DNA of 64,000 nucleotides. It comes from Oligoflexales bacterium (GTDB taxonomy: Bacteria; Bdellovibrionota_B; Oligoflexia; Oligoflexales; RGVZ01). The translations under genes and the position numbers were made by a program. The notes beneath the pieces are model-generated. The model was not told the DNA's origin. It searched no databases and saw only the letters and a program-made list of their open reading frames with translations. The stretch covers positions 355-64,354 of the forward strand of contig JBIKKO010000002.1 in assembly GCA_044360315.1 (NCBI GenBank), read 5' to 3'. Shown here in pieces: positions 16,643-25,228 of this stretch. How positions within the stretch are numbered: position 1 is the first letter of the stretch; each line of letters begins with the position of its first letter.

Positions 16643-16906
16643 CTATTCTGGCGCTGAGAAAAGACCGTAAATGCCGCGAGTTTCTGTAGAGGAGCTAGGT
16701 ACTAGCTGATGTGATAATGCTCCTCTGGTGCTGGCCAGGTTCATCTCGCCCGAGTCGTCTCCGGTGAGACCTAGTAGACCTCCTCCTCCTCCGCCGCCTC
16801 CTCCTGTTAACATTCCCAATAGCGGGCTAAGGAGGGCGCATCCGCTACTTAAGAAAGCGGTTACAAGAATTGCAAGAACAACGCGCTGAGATTTTATATT
16901 AGGCAT
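16643..16906 (-). CDS. Small Gly-rich lipoprotein, paralog 2
   Basis: Start at ATG 16906 after AAGGAG. MPNIKSQRVVLAILVTAFLSSGC (lipobox), a G9 run, and C-terminal ..TRGIYGLFSAPE. Confidence 0.6.
   Translation of the reverse strand: MPNIKSQRVVLAILVTAFLSSGCALLSPLLGMLTGGGGGGGGGLLGLTGDDSGEMNLASTRGALSHQLVPSSSTETRGIYGLFSAPE
16779..16805. repeat. Trinucleotide simple-sequence run (CCT/CCG)x9 encoding Gly9 on the minus strand
   Basis: cct cct cct cct ccg ccg cct cct cct, read directly inside paralog 2. Confidence 0.9.
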
Positions 16907-16956
16907 GATAAACTCCTTGCTTTTTTTGACTTGAATCACGTCAATCATTAGTTGGT

Positions 16957-17994
16957 TTACGGTGAAAATGACTGTCCGAAAGCCGCGATATCTTCGGGGT
17001 GCGGGCGTACGACAAGTGTGACCATATCCTCGCGATCAAAGATCTTTTTACAGTCTAATGTACCCTTATACCGTGATGATTTGGTCGAGGACCGTACTGC
17101 AAAGCCGGCGAAGTGACCGTCGACATAAACGCCTGCTCCGGTATCGTAATTTCTGCCGTCTGAAGATCCGCAGAGACCAGAGCCGCTAAACTCCCAGAGG
17201 TGCTCGCGCTCCGGATGGAGCTTCGCTAGCGGCGTAGACTCTCCTAATATGGGGGTAACAACCGCAGCATTCCGGGCTTGCATTCCGTCGAGATTAAATT
17301 TCTTATCTTGATCCCTGTTATCGGCAAGGCCCGTCTCGCCAAAGCCTACTACAACGACCTTGTTGCCCTCCGTCAATTGCATTTTAGATAGCTTAGCAGC
17401 AGGAATCGCACCGTTTTCTTTGGGCAGCCCAATCATAACATAGCTGGTTTCAGCAACTCTAAGGTTTCGGCCACCTTCTGCCGCGATTGGACTTTCCCTT
17501 AGCAGTCTCTGGGCTAATCCCGACACTGTTCCTGGAGGCGGGGTACTAGGACGAAGCCCCACAGCCAATAGGGACGTTTTCACCTTAGGTTGTTCAGTAT
17601 TACTTTTTTGAACAGTGACGCCCGACTGGTCGATTGCAATATCAAAAGATAAATCTGGATATTGAAGAATCTTGAGTTTTGCAGTTTGAAAAAAGGGAAT
17701 AGATCCTTTATCGAAGCCATCGGCAAGGCTCATAATTAAGGCCACGTGACTACTTAAACCAACATCAACAATTGTTCCTACGTTCCTGATTGTGTGCTCC
17801 TGACCTGAACCATTACGACCTGTCAGCTCCACGTAAACAGTCGCATTGTATTTTTCGGCCAAAGCGGAACTTCCACCCGCAACGCGAAGGGAGGTTCGGT
17901 CTGATGGCTGACAGCTGCTCATTGTCATAGTCGCAACACCCAAGCCTGCAAACAGCAAGGATGAACTCAACTTCCTTAGATGATTCTTGAACAT
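16957..17994 (-). CDS. Trypsin-fold (S1-like) lipoprotein with non-canonical active-site motifs
   Basis: ATG 17994 follows GGAGG. MFKNHLRKLSSSLLFAGLGVATMTMSSC (lipobox), RVAGGSSA (IVGG-like), VVVVGFGETG (GWG-like), and C..YDTGAGVYVDGHFAGFAVRS aligning to GDSGGPLV..G...GIVS with Ser->Thr. No clear TAAHC. Confidence 0.5.
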   Translation of the reverse strand: MFKNHLRKLSSSLLFAGLGVATMTMSSCQPSDRTSLRVAGGSSALAEKYNATVYVELTGRNGSGQEHTIRNVGTIVDVGLSSHVALIMSLADGFDKGSIPFFQTAKLKILQYPDLSFDIAIDQSGVTVQKSNTEQPKVKTSLLAVGLRPSTPPPGTVSGLAQRLLRESPIAAEGGRNLRVAETSYVMIGLPKENGAIPAAKLSKMQLTEGNKVVVVGFGETGLADNRDQDKKFNLDGMQARNAAVVTPILGESTPLAKLHPEREHLWEFSGSGLCGSSDGRNYDTGAGVYVDGHFAGFAVRSSTKSSRYKGTLDCKKIFDREDMVTLVVRPHPEDIAAFGQSFSP

Positions 17995-18292
17995 TTTAAT
18001 GCCTCCGTACTGTTTATCTTTAGGGCCTTTGAACCGTAAGGGAGGTATCGGTGTCGGCTTGTAGGACATGAAGGCCAAATGATAATCAATTGAAATTATT
18101 TAATTTTTTAGCGCGATTTGGACTAACTGGGTCTTCCGGGCGTCGTGCCCGCCATCGAGCCGCATTATGAATTCATATGTTGTGCAAGAGCATGGCGAGC
18201 CTTTTAAAACCAGCCTTCAGGAATCAATGAATTCTATTGGATTGGCCTGCGTCCCGTGGGTGATAATGGCTTGGTGTGAATCGAATGATGGT

Positions 18293-19216
18293 CTACCGTG
18301 TTTCAGATAGGTTTGGTGACGGATTCTTTGCAATTTTGGCACGTGTTTCGTTTGCAGACTTAACAAGAGATGAATCTACAATCGCAAATAATAATCTGGT
18401 CAAAAGTGCGATTTTTTCTTCGCTCAAATATTCCCAGCTTAGCCCTGCTTGATCACCTGAGATGAGAACGCGACGGACTCTTGCTGAAATCCGTAAAATA
18501 TCTGCTGCCCCTTTTACGTACTTGGATAATGGTAGATGTACCATGATCTGATCTCTGGTTGAGAAGTTGTGTGTTCCTTCAGCTACGCTGATTAATGCCC
18601 CGTGGATGCTAAAATCTCGGATTTGCCCTGAATACTTTATGTCACCCATATCCAAGACTTGAAAGTGAACTGGTATGTCCACCTTAAAACGTTTCGCCCT
18701 GCGGCGATTTTGGGACTCAATGCCAAATTTTATTTTTCTAAAAATGACGTGCCGAGGTTCGGATTCGTAGTGTACATACTCATCAACCTCATGCCATGGA
18801 AGTAGTTCCTGCCGATAAGAATCGACGAGATCGCCCGTGCTTTTTGTGAGGAACAAAGTCGGCATTGGTCCGTCAGTTTTGGTTTCCTTCAATTTTCGGA
18901 CAAGTCGCATCGTGTCTTGGCGAGTCAGAAACTCGTCATCAAAAATTGATAGCACTATATTTCTTGATGCGTAACGCATAACGTCATCAGAGTTTCGCGC
19001 AGTCACAAACGTTAATTTTGGGAATTGAGACTTGATAAACTTTTCAACAGCGGTGATTGTCTCGGTCTCCATCCCGGATCCTGGAGCAAAGATGACATAG
19101 CTTTTGCGTTTCTTTTTTGGCGCTTGTAAAAAGTCTTCGATAGCCTGGCCCGACTTTGTTTTTGCTTTGCTCTCTTCAGACGAAGATGCGCTTTTGTTTG
19201 CTCCAGAATCAGCCAT
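18293..19216 (-). CDS. PilZ domain protein with N-terminal receiver-like (pseudo-REC) domain
   Basis: C-terminal RRRAKR (RxxxR) ... DFSIHG (DxSxxG) are PilZ c-di-GMP motifs. The N-terminal alpha/beta domain (LSIFDDEF..MRLVRKLKE) lacks the acidic DD pair. Confidence 0.75.
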   Translation of the reverse strand: MADSGANKSASSSEESKAKTKSGQAIEDFLQAPKKKRKSYVIFAPGSGMETETITAVEKFIKSQFPKLTFVTARNSDDVMRYASRNIVLSIFDDEFLTRQDTMRLVRKLKETKTDGPMPTLFLTKSTGDLVDSYRQELLPWHEVDEYVHYESEPRHVIFRKIKFGIESQNRRRAKRFKVDIPVHFQVLDMGDIKYSGQIRDFSIHGALISVAEGTHNFSTRDQIMVHLPLSKYVKGAADILRISARVRRVLISGDQAGLSWEYLSEEKIALLTRLLFAIVDSSLVKSANETRAKIAKNPSPNLSETR

Positions 19217-19234
19217 TTTAAATTCCTTTATATT

Positions 19235-21502
19235 TCATAAAGCACGGCTACTGCTTGAGTCATGCAGTGATGTTTTTCGACGATGCTTTGTTGCTATTGC
19301 CCGCCAATTTTCTAGCATTGTTAAATGACTGCGATCTAAAATGGACTCAAATTGCGCCCATGATTGATCTAACGTCGCAATAGTTAGAATATCCCCAGCG
19401 CATTCTGCAGCTTTTTGCTTCGCTGTGAGAATCACAAAGGACAAGGTCAAATGCTCCGTTGAATTTTCCTCAAGAAAGCTCAACGAATCTTTCAATTTGA
19501 TGGCTTGAGATTCTATTTCGCGGAATTTTTCGGCCATAGAAGAGTCGTTTTGAATAGTTGGAAGCATTAAAGTGTAGATAAGGTTCACGTTTGTTTCGAT
19601 AAAGGGAAGAAACTCTTCTCTTCCAGTTTTGACAGAAACTTTTTGCATCTGTCGCAAAATCTGCAGAACTCTCGCCTTGTCGCCGCTCGCGTTGGCAATC
19701 TCAGCAGCGAGCTGCAGGTTTTCAATGGAAATCTCATTCTGTGGGCTTTCCGATAAAAGGGATCGTTCCGCGGCAGAAGAATTTCCCTCGGCGAGTAGTT
19801 TTCTGGCAAGTCTTCGCGTTTTGGTCTCTAATCTTAGCGACACAAGGTTGTTTATATCGGCTACGTTATGGTCTGTAGGTTTATTGTGTAGTGATTTCGT
19901 GACTCTTGACCCTATTAAGGTTGGAATGTTTTCGGACGTGATCACTCTAGAGATGATATTTGCCGTCAGACTATTACGTCCAATATTCTTAATTTTGAGG
20001 GGTGCTTCACCGTGGTTTGTACTCAGAACTAGTGTATCCGAGTTTTCAATGAACTCGGTATTTATTGCGATTTCCAAGTCGTCGCCCTTTATGCGCTTGA
20101 CCGTTCCGGGCCAAGGAATTTTTCGGAATAAACTATTTCTCGCCTTGTCAAATTGTTTTAGCCAGTAATCTTCCGTTTGGGAAGTGAGGCTTATTTGACT
20201 AAATTGCGACTGTGACACGTACCCTGCCGAGTCATGCGCAATCAGTCCGAACTCAAGCGATTCGTGTCCTCTTCGGATAACTGGCATCAGAGCTAAAGAT
20301 CCAGTGGGTATATCAAAGACGTTTTCTACTTTTTTTTCTAAAGACACTAATGGTTCAGGTTTTCTTTCTAGAATTTTTTCGAGTCTGTCAAAATCTATTG
20401 GATCACCATCGTTAATGATATCTATGGTGGTATGGATCGGTAAAATGAACCACTGTTGCCAGCCGCTCGTAGAACCGTCAGAAAATCTTACAGAAATCTG
20501 AGCATCTTTTTTGCTTTTGATGGTAAATCGCTGTGAACTATGAGTTGGTTCATGATGGACTACCACCTCAAACGGGAACTCGCCATCTAAGCTAGTACTG
20601 ACGATGCCTGCTAAATTAGGCTTCACGGTCTTCAGGAGCTTGTTTTGGTGTTTCAATTGAATCGATATGTCCGAGGTTTGTCGGCTCGAAAATGGTGATG
20701 ATTGCGTGGCAATAACGTCCAAGCTGACTCCGAGATCAAGGTTTACCCGGTGATTCATGTTTTCTGTGACAGAGATTTTCTCAAGGTAAGACTTATAGCC
20801 TTCTCTTTGAACAAGTAAAACCCCAGCGGCTGGAAGTTTGTACTGGACGCTTATGACGCACCGACCGCGTTCATTGCTCTCACACTTTGTGGCGGTATGC
20901 TCGTCTCTTATGAATGTCACTACCGCATTGCTGACTGGAAATCTGCCCGCGTAGATGTGTGTTGTGAAAATATGCGAATCATTAGGTTGAGACCGCTCGA
21001 TAGGTCTATGTGTAATTTTTTGTGCATTTAGAATCGAGAGAAGAGGAAGAATGTCGTCTTCAAGTCTGTTTTTTGTTGGAGGTAACACGGGAGGCGATTC
21101 TGCAATCAAATTTGAAGTAGACTTTACACCAGTGATCGACGTACTCAGGATGCGAGGTTTGGGGGCTGTGTACATCGCTGCGGTGATGTTGATTTGCGTT
21201 GTAGGCTTGTCATCGAGATCGAAGACTTCGATGTGGGGTGCATAGTAGTATTTATCATCTTCTCGCGTAATGGAGATCTTGTGCTTGGTTGTCCGCGATA
21301 GTGATAGTGTGGATTCGAAGGTGCCAAAACCGTTTGTCTGGCCGATCGTTTCGTCGTTTAATACAATTTGGGCGCCCGAAATCGGATAGCCGTTAGAGGA
21401 TGTCGCCTTGATTGTGAGTTTTGCTGGTCTGTCTTGAAGATCGCAGGTCAGGACAGAGGTTGCGGTTAGCAGTAAAGCAAAAATATGGCGAGGGTACCGC
21501 AT
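19235..21502 (-). CDS. Large lipoprotein with two PEGA/CarboxypepD_reg-like beta domains and a helical C-terminal region
   Basis: MRYPRHIFALLLTATSVLTC (lipobox), ISGAQIVLNDETIGQTNGFGTFE..ISITRED, and VSNAVVTFIRDE..CVISV....LLVQREGYKSY. The C-terminal ~200 aa are helical and TPR-like. Confidence 0.55.
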   Translation of the reverse strand: MRYPRHIFALLLTATSVLTCDLQDRPAKLTIKATSSNGYPISGAQIVLNDETIGQTNGFGTFESTLSLSRTTKHKISITREDDKYYYAPHIEVFDLDDKPTTQINITAAMYTAPKPRILSTSITGVKSTSNLIAESPPVLPPTKNRLEDDILPLLSILNAQKITHRPIERSQPNDSHIFTTHIYAGRFPVSNAVVTFIRDEHTATKCESNERGRCVISVQYKLPAAGVLLVQREGYKSYLEKISVTENMNHRVNLDLGVSLDVIATQSSPFSSRQTSDISIQLKHQNKLLKTVKPNLAGIVSTSLDGEFPFEVVVHHEPTHSSQRFTIKSKKDAQISVRFSDGSTSGWQQWFILPIHTTIDIINDGDPIDFDRLEKILERKPEPLVSLEKKVENVFDIPTGSLALMPVIRRGHESLEFGLIAHDSAGYVSQSQFSQISLTSQTEDYWLKQFDKARNSLFRKIPWPGTVKRIKGDDLEIAINTEFIENSDTLVLSTNHGEAPLKIKNIGRNSLTANIISRVITSENIPTLIGSRVTKSLHNKPTDHNVADINNLVSLRLETKTRRLARKLLAEGNSSAAERSLLSESPQNEISIENLQLAAEIANASGDKARVLQILRQMQKVSVKTGREEFLPFIETNVNLIYTLMLPTIQNDSSMAEKFREIESQAIKLKDSLSFLEENSTEHLTLSFVILTAKQKAAECAGDILTIATLDQSWAQFESILDRSHLTMLENWRAIATKHRRKTSLHDSSSSRAL

Positions 21503-21549
21503 TTCAACGTTTCCTTGAATATCTAAACCCTAGAACCGGTTGTCACTGT

Positions 21550-22602
21550 TTAAAGGTGCTTGTTGTCTTGTTCCAATTCAGGGTTTGGACTTATTGCAAG
21601 TTGATCTACAGGAACATTCACAACGTCTTCTTTTTGATGATTCACGTCGGTGAAGTGAATGGTTACCTTTGTTAACTTCCAGTCCTTTGTAGCCGGGGTT
21701 TTGAATTCAAAATTCTTCTTTTTGTAACGTAGGATCGCAAATCGGTAGGCCGACCTTACAGAGGTAATTTTTCCTGAGTTTGTGTCAATTTGTACGTGGT
21801 ATGGAGCGCCCGAGTGAGATGTTTTACCGTCAGGACTTGAAAACGCAGCCACTGCCCAGATGTAGCCCGCCGCACGCTCGGTCCTGCGATTATTGATATC
21901 AAAATTGAGTTCAATCTTGTTTTCTGCACGGGAGATCTTTGCGCCTGAGACTTCAATTAGTGGCTTTGCGTTGTCTGATCGGACCGGAGTCGTGCTGTCA
22001 AATGACGCAGCAACAATCGTTGACTTCTGTGTGGGAGCATTGGATGTAGTGGTTGAAGAGACCGCAGGGGCTTGCTTGGGATCTGTTCGTGCGCTTATTG
22101 GTTTCTCGTCGGGTTGAGTTTTCGCGATGCTGCCAGTTACTGTTGAGGATGACGGCTGATTTGATACGGTCACCTCCGGTGCTCTAGATGCGGTTTGTGC
22201 TGATGAAGAGGGTGAGCTGGATCCGGATGATGGGTTTGTTGACTTGGGATCCATAACTGGATTGTTGGAGGCAAGCTGTGCAGCCTCTGAATAGTAGCTT
22301 TTCGTTGCGTCAGCTGGGTAGGCAATTTCAAAGACCCTATCATTTTTAATTTGATAGTCGAAGATGGTTGTCAACGATGATTCCAAGCGTTGACGAGTGT
22401 CGTGCACATGATTTTTTAAGGATAAGATCCAAAAAACGCTCCCAGCTGCCCAAGTGACGATGATGGCAACAAAGCCAACGGCCCAGCGGGCATATTTTAA
22501 GTTGATTCGGATGGTGTGACTACGTGCTGACTCAACGAAATACACGATATTGAGATAACGTGTACGATCGGATTGGGCTAGCTGCTTAGAAGAGCGCTCC
22601 AT
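21550..22602 (-). CDS. Membrane-anchored protein with Ser/Thr/Pro-rich linker and beta-rich C-terminal domain
   Basis: 350 aa with one TM helix (WAVGFVAIIVTWAAGSVFWILSL) and a low-complexity linker SSGSSSPSSSAQTAS..SSTTTS. First gene of the same-strand unit. No family recognised. Confidence 0.55.
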   Translation of the reverse strand: MERSSKQLAQSDRTRYLNIVYFVESARSHTIRINLKYARWAVGFVAIIVTWAAGSVFWILSLKNHVHDTRQRLESSLTTIFDYQIKNDRVFEIAYPADATKSYYSEAAQLASNNPVMDPKSTNPSSGSSSPSSSAQTASRAPEVTVSNQPSSSTVTGSIAKTQPDEKPISARTDPKQAPAVSSTTTSNAPTQKSTIVAASFDSTTPVRSDNAKPLIEVSGAKISRAENKIELNFDINNRRTERAAGYIWAVAAFSSPDGKTSHSGAPYHVQIDTNSGKITSVRSAYRFAILRYKKKNFEFKTPATKDWKLTKVTIHFTDVNHQKEDVVNVPVDQLAISPNPELEQDNKHL

Positions 22603-22789
22603 CAGGCAACCTCTCAGAATCTAAAGATATTTAAGGATCTCATGACTCTATTCTACGCTGCTAGCCATGGGGAGGCAACAATCCTGCCGGTTTTTCATGC
22701 AAGGGTTCATTTGGTGAATACTCGCGAAAATCCATTTTTTTTAGTAGATTCAATTGATTAGATTGTTAAATCACGGAGCTCGGTGACTG

Positions 22790-23884
22790 TTGAAAATTGG
22801 AATTATTAGAACATCAAGCATCGGCGATGTTGTACTCGCGACAGCTGTCATTGACTACATGCTTCGCGTCTCGCCCGACGCAGGAATTGTTTGGGTTGGG
22901 CGTAAGCCTTCGTCGGATCTCGTAAAGATTAGCTATCCTCATGTTCAGGTTTTGGACTTACCGTCAAAAGCGCCCAGGACGGTCGTTGAGGAAGTCTATG
23001 CGTGCCTTGCGACTTGTAATGCCGTTATTGATCTACAGACCAATGGGCGCAGCCGGAATTTAGTAAGGCGACTTCGTAAGGCAGGTGTAGCGGTTGCATC
23101 CGCCGATAAGGAAGGCTTTTCACGGATGAAGATTGTTATCGAATCATGGCTGCGGGGAAGGCTTCTGCGGTTACAACCGACAGCAGCGAATTCGCTGCAG
23201 CATCAGTTCAAGATGATGCTCAAAGCCGCCTATTCAGCATTAGAAATGGTTGGATTCAGGGACTCAATAGCACTTGAGAGCGCTAGACCCCGTCTGGCAA
23301 TTTCTGCTCGCCGCATACCTGAGGGTGCATGGACGCGGGAGTTGGAGTTCGGGCAATGGCTGGGTGTCGCTCCGGGAGCTTCATATCCAACAAAGCGTGC
23401 GCCAACAGAGGTGTTCAGGGATGTTCTTTTGGAATTTAAACGCAGCTGGCCTCAAGAGAAATCCGCTCCTGGTTTGCTGCTTGTCGGTGGACAAGAGGAT
23501 CGAAGTTCGGCTGTAAGCTTGGTTGACGACATACATTGGCCTGGACCAGTTATCAACATCGCAGGGAAGCTCTCTCTTGAAGAGACGGCCTATGCATTGT
23601 CGAAAACGTCGATTCTTCTTTGCAACGACAGCGGCTTGGCGCATATGACGGAGGCCCTTGGTCTGCCGGTTGCGGTTTTGTTTGGTCCGACTCATGAAGC
23701 ATTTGGATTTTGGCCGCATGGCAAGACCAGCGCTTTCTACGCGTCATCATTAGGCTGTAGGCCGTGTAGTAAGCATGGTAAGACTGCATGTAGATATGGT
23801 GATCAGCTTTGCTTTCAGACTATTGATGTGCGGTCTGTTGCAAGACACTTAAATCGAGTCCTCCTGCAAGGAGATCTTCTTTGA
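22790..23884 (+). CDS. Glycosyltransferase family 9 (ADP-heptose:LPS heptosyltransferase-like)
   Basis: TTG start giving MKIGIIRTSSIGDVVLAT, plus C-terminal NDSGLAHMTEALGLPVAVLFGPT. Both are GT9 hallmarks. Confidence 0.85.
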   Translation: MKIGIIRTSSIGDVVLATAVIDYMLRVSPDAGIVWVGRKPSSDLVKISYPHVQVLDLPSKAPRTVVEEVYACLATCNAVIDLQTNGRSRNLVRRLRKAGVAVASADKEGFSRMKIVIESWLRGRLLRLQPTAANSLQHQFKMMLKAAYSALEMVGFRDSIALESARPRLAISARRIPEGAWTRELEFGQWLGVAPGASYPTKRAPTEVFRDVLLEFKRSWPQEKSAPGLLLVGGQEDRSSAVSLVDDIHWPGPVINIAGKLSLEETAYALSKTSILLCNDSGLAHMTEALGLPVAVLFGPTHEAFGFWPHGKTSAFYASSLGCRPCSKHGKTACRYGDQLCFQTIDVRSVARHLNRVLLQGDLL

Positions 23885-25212
23885 TGGTTGGCTTGTCGAG
23901 GACCTTAGTGATTTTGGCGTTGTCGGTCATTGTGCGTTGGCTCGTCTGGCCGCTTGTCTTTGTCGTCGCGATTTTCAGTGACCGTGTTAAAGAACAGCTT
24001 AAGGGCCGACAATCCTGTCATCAAGATTCTATTGATCTGGCGCGTCGCAGGCGTGATTTTGACGATTGTGTGATTTTTTATTGTAGTTCAGCTGGTGAGT
24101 ATGAACAAGCAAAGCCCCTCATTGATCGTCTGACGGAAAATTTTGGTGTTTTATGTCATGTCTTCTTCTTTAGCGTTAGTGGTCCGAAATTTGTGAAATC
24201 TAGAAGGGATCCTGTCTCTTGGTCTCTTGCACCGCCAGACCATGTGTGGGCGTGGGCGTCTTTGTTCGCGGCGTTGCGCCCATCAAAAGTGGTTGTGATT
24301 AGACATGAAATTTGGCCAGCATTCACATGGATAGCCGCCCAATGGGGTCCGGTCTTCGTGATTGATGCTGTCGTTCCATCCCTATGGGGGCGACAAAAAA
24401 AATGGAAGGAGAATTTAAACGTTGCTGTTAAGGCGTGGCTTTTGAAGTCTGTAACTCATATATGTGCCGTGTCACAGACGGATGCGAAATTTTTTGAACA
24501 ATGGTTGTTTATTCCAAAGGAGCGGATTTCCGTCATGGGAGACACTAAGTATGATCGTGTAATCGAGCGTGCTAGGTCTCAGGCGTCGATGGTTGATCAG
24601 CTTAGATTGCGATTTCGGGAGTACTGGAAGCCGCCGCTGTCGGAGTTTATATTGATTGGTGGCAGTGTGCATCTTGCGGATGTTACATTATTAATGTCTG
24701 TTTTTGCTCAGCCTGGCCTTGAAATGGTTCGACTCTTGCTCGTGCCACATGATGTTGCCTCTGGTAACATTGCCAACATTTATGAAGCTGTCAGAAAATA
24801 CGGCGTTTCCTGTGACCTCTTGAGTGAAGTCGAATCTTCGCAGTTTGAGTTTATTAAGGAGCATCCGCGTGTCATTATAGTGGATGAAATGGGCCGACTG
24901 TCTGATCTATACGGTGTTGCTGATTTTGCGTGGATTGGTGGCGCTGTTCACGCAAAAGTACATAATGTTTTGGAACCTGCGGCTTGGGGGCTGCCGGTTT
25001 GTTGTGGACCCCAGTTTAAAAACAGTCGGGAGGCTGTAGCAATGAAAACGGCAGGCGTACTGTTTGCGTCATCTGATCCCGTAGCGATTAGATCTCATAT
25101 TATTCATCTTATTAAGGATGTGAGAACAATCGGGAATGATGTTAGAAAGTTTGCCGAGTCCATGGCTGGAGCATCGGATAAAATTTTAAAAAAGATTGAA
25201 ACCATTAACTAG
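23884..25212 (+). CDS. waaA: 3-deoxy-D-manno-octulosonic acid (Kdo) transferase
   Basis: ATG overlaps the upstream TGA (ATGA). N-terminal TM helix, and GGAVHAKVHNVLEPAAWGLPVCCGPQFKNSREA matches the WaaA C-terminal block (GGS...GHN.LEPAA.G.PV..GP...NF). Confidence 0.85.
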   Translation: MVGLSRTLVILALSVIVRWLVWPLVFVVAIFSDRVKEQLKGRQSCHQDSIDLARRRRDFDDCVIFYCSSAGEYEQAKPLIDRLTENFGVLCHVFFFSVSGPKFVKSRRDPVSWSLAPPDHVWAWASLFAALRPSKVVVIRHEIWPAFTWIAAQWGPVFVIDAVVPSLWGRQKKWKENLNVAVKAWLLKSVTHICAVSQTDAKFFEQWLFIPKERISVMGDTKYDRVIERARSQASMVDQLRLRFREYWKPPLSEFILIGGSVHLADVTLLMSVFAQPGLEMVRLLLVPHDVASGNIANIYEAVRKYGVSCDLLSEVESSQFEFIKEHPRVIIVDEMGRLSDLYGVADFAWIGGAVHAKVHNVLEPAAWGLPVCCGPQFKNSREAVAMKTAGVLFASSDPVAIRSHIIHLIKDVRTIGNDVRKFAESMAGASDKILKKIETIN

Positions 25213-25228
25213 GCGCATTGGTGTCCGT

